Below the pieces are notes generated by a model. That model saw only the letters and a program-made list of their open reading frames with translations, did not search any database and was not told where the DNA came from. A program made the translations under genes and the position numbers. A stretch of DNA of 64,000 nt from Lingula anatina. Taxonomy: Eukaryota; Animalia; Brachiopoda. The DNA is taken from positions 18,622,534 through 18,686,533 of the forward strand of contig CM120644.1 of assembly GCA_051362555.1 (NCBI GenBank), given 5' to 3'. Shown piece by piece: positions 12,553 to 23,320 of this stretch. Numbering within the stretch: position 1 is the first letter of the stretch; each line of letters starts with the position of its first letter.

Positions 12553-15500
12553 TTGTAACTAATGTAATATGCTAGTATTGACGTTATTTTTGCCCGTGCA
12601 GACCTAACTTTTAAACCCTCTACCAGGGCGACTGATAGATTTTTTACAGATATTCACAGATGTGTCTCTAGATAACTAGGTGGTCATTTTGAGACACCAA
12701 CAATTTTCGGGGCCCTTTAGCGGGCCCCAGATCCTACGCCAAGGGGGGTGGGGGCTTTGCATCCGCAGACCCCCCTTCAAATAATCTTGGATCCGCCCCT
12801 GTACATGTAATTCACTATACACTTATACAGCGGGCCTACATTCGGACTATCGAACCTTCGGACTATCGAACCTTCGGACTAATGAACCTTCGGACCAATG
12901 AACCTTCGGACTATCGAACCTTCGGACCAATGAACCTTCAATGCACATTCGGACCATTGAACCTTCGGACCAATGAACCTTCGGACTATTGAACCTTCGG
13001 ACTATCGCTACGGCCCCGTTTCTATAAGGACTTTTTGTGACAAGATTTTGATAGAAGAAGAAATTTTTATCATGAGTGAAATATTTGAATGTTTATTAAG
13101 TCGCATGGACTGTAGTGCTGGTATAGCCTCAATTGATGTTCTTTTAACTAAGTAGCCTACTGGTGCGTGCGACTGGGCAAAGCAGTTATGTAACTGCAAA
13201 AATTTTGTGTTTCTGTGGTTCTCACTGGATAAATTAATAAAATGTTTGTTAGAATCTTTGCACCACTGCGTCTTGTTGCTGTTGAATGTTATTGTACCTT
13301 AGTCAAAGAGGTTATTGAGTTAGTTTTTACAAATCTAAGGGCCCTTTGCGCAATGCATTTGCTTTATTATCTCATGTACGTAATCACAACCTAATAAACA
13401 TATTATGCATTTCCTCTTCCTAAACATTTTAATGCAACCTTGGGGGGGGGGGGGGTATTTTATTTTATAAAAATTCACACATTTGCATCTTGAGTTTGAC
13501 TCTCTCTTTTTACTGCAATACGAGCGTTGGGTCGGACAATCTCATATATTCGTCGTGTTGATAAAAATAAGCTGTACATAGAAGGAAAAATAAGTGCAAG
13601 ATTTCTCTCGTTTCAGTTTTTACTGCTGTTACTGTACAAACCAGCAACTTATCAAGTAACAAATACAGGGGGGGAGGAAGTCCGCGGGTAAGCGTGTCAT
13701 TGTAATATTTTAATATTTAACCTTTCAAGAAAATAAAGATGTTCAAAAAACAGATCTTGGATGGGAAGCCGACCCTTCCCCCCCCCTCGTTGGCGTGGGT
13801 TTCGGGGCCCGCTGAAGGGCTCCGAAAAATGTTGGTATTTATTTTAGAGAGTACCATTTGGTATGGTTTAGAACTATGATTCAGCTGGTCAAAATTCTAA
13901 TTTCAAGAGGGGATCATTGGTGTGATATTTTTCAGAAATCGAAGGTGGGGTCAGGATCCCCTAATACCCCCATAAATTTCTCCACTTAAAATGTTCACCA
14001 ACCTTAAAAGAAATAATTGAGAATAATAGAAGAGTAAAAAATTAAATGAATGAAATAAAATGGGACATCAAGATATGGATTTGATATACAGCTGTACCAG
14101 GAATAAATTAAACTGTATCGATCTTCTGAAGGAGTGAATGAGTACTGAGTATATTATCTAATAAGCTCTTGACTTCCTAGCCCGTAGCTGTGTTTCAAGC
14201 ATAATTAGATGTTTTGAAGGTACATTAAATGAATATGACGGGAATAAAATAACTAACCTACATCCCCCCCTTAATCATAAAATGTTCCTGACGCCTTTCT
14301 GGCCTTTGAAAACCGTTTTGGTGGGTTTTTCTCTCTTAAAAATTTGCTTACAGCTAGGATAGACGATAATAATTTTGGTTCTATCTTACAGATAGCCCTC
14401 CTACTCCCTTTCGGCCCTTTGACCGTAGATAACTGATTAGCATTTTCTGACCAAACTTTCAAATAAGAGGAAACACGCGCTGCAATAAATCATTAAACAA
14501 TAAGGGTGCTTTCCCAGAGATTTAGATCGATCTAAAGATTAAGTTTTAGATCGACCTAACTCCCTAGGGGTTCAGGCTAAATTGCAGTCAGCCGAGCGGA
14601 CACCATAGTTAATTACCCCTTACAGCATTTAGTAGGCGGGACAGACGCTTAAGCCGGCCAAGCTGACAGTAATCTAGTGAGACTCCCCACAGGGATAGAT
14701 CGATCTAAAAATCTATGGAAATGGGGTGTAAGACTGATTTTTAAAGAAGTAAGACTGATCAAGGATGAGAACAAAGACAAATTGTTTAAGTTTTAAATTG
14801 TGCCGTTGAAGCTAAATGGTAGGCCTATAGGCCTATTATCTACAAATCAGCGGATCTACAATAAACAACAACAAAAATATGATAATAATCAAATACTTTA
14901 TTAAAACCTAATTGTCCATGAAAGTTATTCACAGTGGGTAGAGGATTAAAACAGTCTGATTAGAATATATTTTCAGCACACAAACAGCTGGCACATGCAT
15001 TGTTTGCAATATACCAGTCTGTTGCACAAAGTTGAACTCTCTTGTGCACACTTGTAATGGATCTCCGTTTCTGTAATGCCTTTAAGTGGAAGTTTTAGAC
15101 CAACGTCAACAGCATATCCCAAAATTCTGCATTATTTATAAAATTAATTCATTGCATTTAAGCTTTATCTGACAGAATTTAGTCACCAATAACTTATAAA
15201 CTTGAAGCGGCTGCCATTTCTCTGTCTGTGTGTCTGCACGTCCGTTTCTCCATTTTCATTCATAAAATGAAAATCAGAAAAACGAACGGACTTCCGTTTT
15301 TCTATTTGATTCGGAAATTGAATAATGAACACTTTTTAAAGCTGTCATTTCCTCAAAAACAGGAATATAAGGGCATTTTATGATTTATTTCACCTGTTAA
15401 ACATTAGAAAAAACGAAAACGGTCGATATTTATATTTTCTACCGCATCGGGGATCTGTCGATATTGTATTTTGCATTTTATAGTAAAATATAAAAAACGA

Positions 15501-18500
15501 AGGCAATTTCCGTTTTTCCATTTTTCATTTTAAATGGAAAAACGAAAACTGAGTTTCATTTTCCATTACATTTTGGCCATTTCTATAAAATGAAAATGAA
15601 AAACGGCCGTTTTTTCATTTTCTGACGAAATGGAAATCACTTTGCCCCCCCATACACCGACCCTAAGATGGGCTAGGGGATTTTGCCAATAGAGGGCTTC
15701 GTGTGAAAACTAGTTATTTTTCATACTACTTGGTGCGCTGTATTCCCATTCACAAAATGATGACGTAGACGTACATGTATGACCCTTTTAAGCTCAAGGA
15801 AATAGAAGAAATGAAGAAAATAGGGATAAACATACATGTACTTAACAGCAAGTCACAATTAAAATATATTATGTTTACGTGTTTTCTTGTGTGTGTCGTT
15901 TTAAGGAATTATACATGTATTATGAATATGAGAACAGAATTACGAGTTGAAACAGCGTTGGAAGGAACAGATTTATGCACTACATGTATGTAAATAAACG
16001 TGCGTTATTTATTATTTACAACTTCAAGCATTTTCACATGATTATTTTGAAATGAATGTTTAATACAGATAACATGTTTCAGGGTGTCGACATTGGCTTA
16101 TATTATTTATAAATGGGCAAAACAATCCGTATTATCATATACTGTAGGCCTACACATGTACCTGTTATATAACCGAGTATACTTGATAATAGTAATTAGT
16201 AGCCCCTCACTCTTTTGCAGCAGAAATATTCATCTAAGATCATAGATAATCTAATAATTGAAATTAATCAGATTAATTACACTTTATTAATCGATTTCGA
16301 ATGAATAACATGCAGTGGTGGATGGGGGGGGGGGGGAGGCGTGTGAGGGGGGTCTTGACCCCCCTTTTGAATTCTGTAAAAAAAAATCACACCAATGTTA
16401 AAATTAGAATTTTGAATAATAGTTCTAAAACGTACCAAATAGCACTGTTCGCCCTATAAGGGGGGGGGGGGGGGGCAGCTCTGCATATGCAGCCTGTCAT
16501 TCCAAAAAAAAAAAAAAAAACAAAAACAAAAAAAAAAAAAACAGATCCCCCTTCAAATAATCCTGGATCCACCCCTGACATGTATGGATTATTAGTAGTA
16601 TCAATCCTATGTTGAGAAAATTGGGAGCAGTGTCACTTAATTTGTCCTTTTATTTATAACGGTAAACCTGTAAATTGCTTCTTGCTCCCAATTTGTGTCC
16701 CTGGCGAGAGAGTGTGTGTGTATGTGTGTGTGTGTAATTGTGAAAAATACTGAAAATAGCTGGAGAAGTCAATTGACCTTGTGACGTAAACTGTTGGTTT
16801 ATTTTCGTAAGGTATGTATCACGCAAACCAAAATGTAACACAATAACCTTGCGCGCGTTATACGTCACAGGTCTTGCGTAACTACCCACGTGCTACGATT
16901 TTTCCCTTGGGGGGGCAGCAAGCGGCCATTTTGTACAGGAGCAATGTATAGATGGGTGAAAACGATACGTTGTTTTTAGCAAAAAACGATGTCCCCGGGG
17001 CGAAACTGCCAACACCAAAAGTAAAGGAGCATACCAACGTTGTTTTGAAACGATATGGTTAGCCTGTCAGTGACGAGTTAGGGAGAAAAGAGCAGCACTG
17101 ATAGCAAGGTACTGTACTGGTATACACGTGAACCGGCAAAGTTAATGATGATTTCATGTTGCAAAAGCATAATTAAATCAGTTAGTTATTTCCAAACGAT
17201 ATTATTTGAATAGCAGATACGTAAATCAAACTAACAACAATAAACATTTTTGATGACATTGAATATCAAAACCTGCGGTGCACGATAGGTTGGGGAGGAC
17301 ACTGCCACAGCAATAAATGCATGGATTTGTTACACAACACCATATGCTTGTGTCATTGTTAACTCTGTGGTATTATTACTCAATTTACTACTCAAATTAA
17401 TACCTGATACTATTTCTCAGGCTACCAAGTACAAATCAGCTTATTTTGTGGCAATTGACCTCCATGTTCCATCTTGTGTGCAGGTTGTTTATTATTATTA
17501 TTATTTGTTCAAGCACATTTTAATAAAGTGTCTATGCTTTAACAAGAGAAATTTATGCTGAATTTTAAAAGATTAAATCATCAGTAGTATGTACAATTAA
17601 AGCTATTAATTTGATTATGCATATTTGATTTTCAATTATCTTGATTATGATATGAGGTTTCTGCATTTTTCTCTTGTCCTCGAATCAATATCTAACAAGT
17701 AAATTGATGGTGCTTTATTACAATTTTTGCTTTATACTTTCAGATGTAAAAACTGTGTAGCAGTTGGTAAAGCTGTAGAGACTGATGTGAGCATAGATCA
17801 GGGGAAATGGTATTAGAGAAACTAGGAGGACAAGACATAGATAATGTACTAGTAGATCCATCATCGCAGCAAGGATAGATGGTGTGATCTTGTCCCTGAA
17901 GCTATGCCACCAGTTTTCAAACTGGTTGAGTCCTTACTAAGACAAGCTGCTGCGGTGTGAATCGCAATATGTACATTCAGGTTATATGTGGCAGATTTAT
18001 GACAAAAGAGACCTTCACAATATACTTCAAAGAAGTTATTCTTGCATCTATGCCTCATCAAAAGTACACAGTTACAGTGACTAGAACATTGTCTGCAAAT
18101 AGTGAGGCAGTGAAGGCTGCAAGGTGCCATTGTTTTTCAGTATTAAAAATGACAGTATATGTTATTTATTTATTTATTTTTATTTCTCATTTTTAATGGG
18201 AGGGAGACTCACTTTGTTCTTTCTATGCCCATTCAGTTAAGGGTTGATGGCAATATATGGTAAATCTGTCATGCCTGTATGTAGAATTTCTCTGGCTCAA
18301 ATTTCTACATTTATTGGGTGCATTATGAAGTTTCCTGACTGATTAATGAGGTTACTTGTAGAAATATCTTGCTTACACACATTTTGTGATATTTTTACTA
18401 CTTTATACATATGATTATTCACATCTCATCAGTGGTGTGTGAAAGGTACTTGGTATTTGCATTTTAGAACTGTAGATCTGTGTACCAGCAGGGTTATATT

Positions 18501-20070
18501 TCATATATCTGCGAATGTGTCTTAAAATAAGCTTCATGTTTGATAATTACTTGGTTTGAAATAAGTAAATAAATAACCCAAATAAAGTCAATTCATTTTA
18601 TATTTCACATAATTTGTTTTTATTATTCTTCTAAGCATTTAATCATAACAGTTCCCATCATTATACTGTTATTGTGTAATAACATTGAAAGTTTCCAAGT
18701 TTTTATTAACAGGTTGATGCTAACGTATTACAAATGAATGTAAGCATAAAAGCATATTTACTACTCAAATGTATCAAACGTAACACTGGCATAATACCGG
18801 TAAAGATACAGGTAAAGATGACAGCATTGATAACTGGGTTTACAGCGCTGTTAGTGCAGCTTGGTTAGTGTCAGATTGTTATCTGATAAAGTTTGCTACT
18901 AGTTCCTGAGAACAAAAGGCACTTGATAAAATCACAAAACACCTGTAGAAAATAGAGTATACCCTATACCTGCCCAACATTGATTTGTTCAGATTCTTGA
19001 CTAGGGGTGCGTTACAGGTGTCAAGGGCCAAGACTTGAACTTAGGGGTTTGGCATGTCACTGGGCATTACCCCCGATTTCTGTCCAAATCTAATAAAGCC
19101 TCAGTTGCTTAACTTTCTCCAAATTTCCAATATTTACCGGTTGTGTTGTTTAATGCTTGGGGTCTCTTCTCTGGCGGCGGTTAATTGTGGGCACCTGTGC
19201 GGCCTGTCAACGCACCTAGATTCACTTTTGCCGGTGCCACATTTTCAATTGCCGTAAATATCAAATTCATGAATAGAATAAGGAAAAATGACAGTTATGA
19301 AAAAATGTTTGGAAGTACCTGTCACCTTCGCCACAGTAACCATATGGGCTGTGATGCCCCCCCACCACAGGCGACACCTTGCGGAGCAAGCGTGCGTAAT
19401 CCAGGGTGCAACTGAAAATAACCTTGACGCGCGACCTTATTCGCACTGTTTGCTAAAACTCTCTCGAACCTTTCACTGGAAGCGCCCAGCTAAAAAAAAA
19501 ATTATTTGTCCCAGACGAATTACTGTTTCATAAGATTTCTCGAAGAGAACTTTGATGAGAATGGGCTTAGTGGAATTGGGAGTGAGCTTTACGAAGAGAA
19601 CTTTGATGAGAATTGGGAAAGTGGAATTGGGAGTGAGCTTTTTGAATTCGGAGTGAGGTTTACGAATTCGGAGTGATGTTTGCGAATTCGGAGTGAGCTT
19701 TTTGAATTCGGAGTGAGGTTTACGAATTCGGAGTGAGCTTTTTCAATTTGGAGTGAGGTTTACGAATTCGGAGTGAGGTTTGCGAATTCGGAGTGAGGTT
19801 TATGAATTCGGAGTGAGGTTTACGAATTGAGAGTGAAGTTTAAGTATTCGGTGTGAGGTTTAGAATTGGGAGTGTCGTCTGGAATTTGGAGTGCACTTGT
19901 GGGCCACCGCAGAGGGGGGCAAAACGGTTTCATCCCCCAAGTTGTTCCAACTTTTCTGGATCCGAAACACACACAAAACCCAAGCGATTTTCTAACCTAT
20001 GGATATCAGTATGGTATCGTATGTAACTATACCTCTTTAGTCCATATTATTTAACAGCAAGATCAACCAT

Positions 20071-20105
<35 letters not shown>

Positions 20106-20517
20106 CTTTTGAATGCCATAATGTATTGTGCTATCTTACATAAAGCACTGTGTTCCGCTATGAAATAAAAAGTGTAATGCGACATTGCCTTTTCTACTCC
20201 ATATCTAATTGTGTTAGAAGTCTTTTGTATTTTATCGTTACATATTGTTTACAATCAATAAAAATAGAATAACTCCTCTTTTGCCCCAAGGTCGTCCGTG
20301 CTGTCACCCTCAGGTCAGACGAAAGTTTGGTCTGCCACGTGTTGTCAACAGCAGTAACGTTCACGACAGTTCCGGTTCCACCGTGGCCACGTTCTTGCCA
20401 CAGGACGATCTGATAAATGACGACGATTTCATCGCATACCCACGCCATTCCCCCATCAACGAGGGAAGTGATGAAGGAAGTGATGACGAAAGTGACGGAG
20501 TAAGTGGCGCTCCATGA
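5871..20517 (+). CDS. SHFL: Shiftless (SHFL/C19orf66/RyDEN) homologue, copy B; complete, 7 exons, 263 aa
   Basis: Exons 5871-5912, 6851-6962, 7209-7258, 7591-7710, 8867-8967, 9413-9552 and 20291-20517 total 792 nt, and the phases are consistent. Motifs [31 protein letters not shown] and [15 protein letters not shown] are present. The final exon [38 protein letters not shown] plus an acidic tail matches the SHFL C-terminus ([32 protein letters not shown]). Confidence 0.93.
6491..6664. mobile_element. ~170-bp non-autonomous DNA transposon CAGGCCCGTAGCC...GGCTACGGGCCTG, 5-bp TSD (hAT5-like); other copies at 9190-9338, 22325-22505, 23037-23204, 28566-28744 and 38095-38252
   Basis: TIRs are visible. 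TSDs are GAGGT (22325 copy), ATGAA (23037), CTGTT (28566) and GGATG/CGATG here. It is absent from the paralogous site in copy A. Confidence 0.8.
8060..8459 (+). other. 360-bp insertion flanked by a 20-bp direct repeat in SHFL copy B intron 4; resembles a captured promoter plus first exon
   Basis: ATTTCCGACGTCTCATTTTC occurs at 8060-8079 and 8440-8459, and copy A has a single empty site (~1815-1832). The insert contains CCGGAAGTGACGT (8103-8115) and AACAACATG|GTAAAA (ATG 8214-8216). Confidence 0.75.
10090..10442 (+). repeat. 20-bp tandem array (ACTCCGAATTCGTAAACCTC) in the left TIR; mirrored at 19570-19895
   Basis: Head-to-tail units without unique spacers; the reverse-complement array lies at the right end. 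Confidence 0.95.
10491..15663. mobile_element. 5.2-kb non-autonomous PIF/Harbinger-like element with ~420-bp imperfect TIRs, nested in the IS3EU-like element
   Basis: Ends are GGGTCGGTGTATGGGGGG... and ...CCCCCCATACACCGACCC. The TAA TSD lies at 10488-10490 and 15664-15666. Arm 10491-10910 matches 15241-15663. Confidence 0.8.
11178..13017. mobile_element. 1.8-kb non-autonomous DNA transposon with 8-bp TSD and 16-bp subterminal repeats (superfamily uncertain)
   Basis: TSD GTTTCTAT lies at 11170-11177 and 13018-13025; termini are GGGG...CCCC. GGTTCATTGGTCCGAA arrays occur at 11190-11352 and, inverted, at 12841-13005. Confidence 0.85.
16952..18133 (+). pseudogene. Decayed SAP-domain + SWIM-type zinc-finger gene fragment (transposon accessory protein of the YqaJ/lambda-exonuclease type)
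   Basis: 16952-17108 reads [34 protein letters not shown]/(frameshift)[17 protein letters not shown] followed by a GT donor, which is SAP-like. 17980-18133 reads [38 protein letters not shown], the typical lead-in to a SWIM CxC motif, then truncates. Confidence 0.55.
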
Positions 20518-21386
20518 CCGCCGCATAGTCGGTCGCGGCCATGATGGAACCCAAGGGGATGACGGGAATGGGTGGCGTGGAAGCGGCGAGGCCGGTGTTA
20601 CGTGGCAGAGAGTCCTTCATAGCCCGTATATGGATAGTGCAGGCGTACCTTTTAGGTGTTTGAAGAAGTTATAAAGTACCAAGTGTGTGTATATTGTAAG
20701 CCGCCACTCTCAGTTTCTTGTAATAATTCGAAAGTTAAACTGTAATTTTGGACCAGCAGACTCCGTCGGGTGACGTAATTTTCAAAATTTTCTTTCGGAC
20801 AGGTACGTGTGTGTAAGAATCATACAGTTTATACATGTTTCACTCAAAAATTAATTTGATCTCAATGTTTTCAGTAAGGAGCCTGTTGCACGACAACGTA
20901 TTTGCCTGACGTAACATTAGCATCACCCCCACGCCACACGGCCATCGTTTTTTTAAACCCCCACGATTTCTTCTTGATTCATTTATGTAGAATTTAAATA
21001 CGTTTTGAAATAAATCATTGCTTAGCAATCTCAAGTTTTGCTGCTTTGCATTTTTGTTTATCACCAGACTCAACAATTTTGGCACACGTTCTTGTTGTAG
21101 TACGGCATAGCTTTCTATGAATTTATCCTGATTGAATAAGAACAAAAAATTAGGTGTAAACGTTATTATTTTTTAGTGAAAGCAGCTGAACGTTGACGAT
21201 TTTGCTGCATTGTGACGCGTTGGTCATATATATGTGTGTATTTCTGTATATATGTATATTGCAGAGGTATCCTTTCGCATTCGCATACTTGATTATAAAC
21301 AATCTGTACATTGTAATTTATTTGAAACACCTTGACTAAACTTGCCACAAGGAGAAAAATGTTTAAAGCTGTGACCAAAAAGGAAT

Positions 21387-21468
21387 CGACGAGGATGAGA
21401 TTCGAACTCACGCGGGGAGACCCCAATGGATTAGCAGTCCATCGCCTTAACCACTCGGCCACCTCGTC
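21387..21468 (-). tRNA. tRNA-Ser (anticodon GCT)
   Basis: GACGAGGTGGCCGAGTGGTTAAGGCGATGGACT-GCT-AATCCATTGGGTCTCCCCGCGTGAGTTCGAATCTCATCCTCGTCG is 82 nt, with a long variable arm, intact A/B boxes and a T5 Pol III terminator 6 nt downstream. Confidence 0.97.
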
Positions 21469-22640
21469 ACGTGGTGTCTGTCAGGTTTATGAATAATAAA
21501 TAATGGCCCAGATACAGGTAATCGTATATAAATATATACATCGTTATTCTGTATCCCCCATACATGATAGGGATTTTCTTAAGTTTTTTCTCCTAGTTTT
21601 ACTTTTCCAACAGATGGTATTTGAATTTTATAAAGGAGATAAACAATTCAATTATTCATTTAAGAAGAGCTCGGTCACTTATTAAACCTCTCTCTTTAAT
21701 AATGTATAGGCTATCATTTGACCTAACGCAAGTTGTTTTCTCATTGTCATTGAAAGACTACATGTATGTGGCGACTTCAATGATAAGTTCAATGGAACAC
21801 TTTCTTGTGTATAAGAAGGAGAAAGAGGACAAATACATGTTTTCGATGTTTCTCATTTAAATATATTCTACGACCTACTGTACACTCCTCTGTATATACT
21901 ACCAGTATAGACCCGTTTGGCCGAGTTGGCAGGCAAAAAGACGATGAATTTCTTCTAATATTTCGCCCAAAGTAATACATAAATAAATGAAATATTATGA
22001 AGAACAACAGAAAAACATAATAAAAAAGTCATATTTGAGAGTTCCAAACAGGATGACTAGATAGATGGATATTTTTTTATTTATTCCGAATTGTGAGGAT
22101 AACCAAAAATAAAGAAAACATCTCGCTCTAACATTAGTTCTTTAGCAAAAAAAGTGATCTCTTTTTTAAAACTGCTATAAGTTTTCTTAACATTATGATC
22201 AAAAACTTATGTATATTCTTCAGCAAGTAATCATCAACAAGATCTGCTCGCAGTCTATTAAAAAATTATAGTTCCCTACTTTTATATACTATTTCAGAGA
22301 ACCCTGATTTCTAAGGGTAGAGGTCAGGCCCGTAGCCGGGGGTGGGGGGGTGGGGTGGGGGGGGGGGTCGAAAGAACCGCCCCTTTTGCTTGGAAAAGGT
22401 CCACTCTGGGTAAACTTTGATCTAGGTACATGAAGTTTTATGGGAAAAGGTCCACTTCTTCAAATAATAAGAACCCTCCTTTTGAAATTGCTGGCTACGG
22501 GCCTGGAGGTTATTGTGAATATAAAAGGTTAGAGACGATATGGCTGACGATATCAAGAGTTATTGATCCTTTTTCAGACTACATCCTTCTCTCTGACTAC
22601 AGGGTGCGCTAGTTGTCTGTGACAAAATTACATACTTTAA

Positions 22641-22871
22641 AGGGATAACAACTCTTTGAATGAAATCCATATTTCACTACAATATAAACAATTCAGAAAT
22701 ATAATTAATTCTATTTTACCACCAAAACGGCGGTCATCACAATTAGTCTGGAAGCTGTACGTGACCTCCATAGATGGCAACCTTCTGTAATAATCTCTTA
22801 AAACCAAACTTTTTAGGGAAAAAGATTACCCCAGGAAAATCTATTTTGGCCAAAATGAACAGTTTTGTCCC
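22641..22871. mobile_element. Kolobok-like MITE (TTAA target, AGGGATAA...TTGTCCCT ends); longer copy at 48658-48994 and internal fragments at ~37160-37420, ~38665-38900 and ~47345-47600
   Basis: The 48658 copy reads TTAA|AGGGATAATAACTCT...AGAGTTATTATCACT|TTAA and shares internal sequence with this copy. Confidence 0.6.
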
Positions 22872-22943
22872 TTAAATTCTGTACACTATGATAGAGGTCC
22901 TGATACCACATGTTATCTTCACCCCTGAGGTGGTCGTTTGACT

Positions 22944-23312
22944 GGGAGCTGTTCGAAGGTTCATTGGTCCGAACAGGGTATTATATCCGATATAGTACCC
23001 TGGTCTGAAAAACGTTATGCGCGCGCCTCTGATGAACAGGCCCGTAGCCAGGGGGGGGTCAGGGGGTTCGAAAGAACCGCCCCTTTTGCTTGGAAAAGGT
23101 CCACTCTGGGTAAAATTTGATCTAGGTACATGAAGATTTTATGGAAAAAGGTCCACTTTTCAAGAAAAAGAACCCCCCTTTTGAAATTGCTGGCTACGGG
23201 GCCGATGAACTTTATTTTATTATTGCCAGTACACTATACTGTACACCTTAATCAGACATTTATTCACGCTATCAGACTTTCGGACCAATGAAACTTCTAT
23301 TGCTACGACCCC
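22944..23312. mobile_element. Short relative of the 8-bp-TSD/16-bp-repeat transposon, itself containing a hAT5-like MITE, directly 3' of the LRR gene stop
   Basis: GGTTCATTGGTCCGAA occurs at 22958, and TTCGGACCAATGAA..TATTGCTACGACCCC at 23279-23312. A degenerate TSD GTTTGACT/TTTTGAAT flanks it. Confidence 0.6.
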
Positions 23313-23320
23313 TTTTGAAT

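Larger units (their letters stand above)
10074..19911. mobile_element. 9.8-kb DNA transposon with IS3EU-like ends (TGCGG...CCGCA, 6-bp TSD), inserted in the last intron of SHFL copy B
   Basis: TIR TGCGGTGGCCCACAAGTGCACTCCAAATTCC is present at both ends. TSD GAGGGG lies at 10068-10073 and 19912-19917. Both ends have subterminal 20-bp arrays. No intact transposase ORF was seen. Confidence 0.85.
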
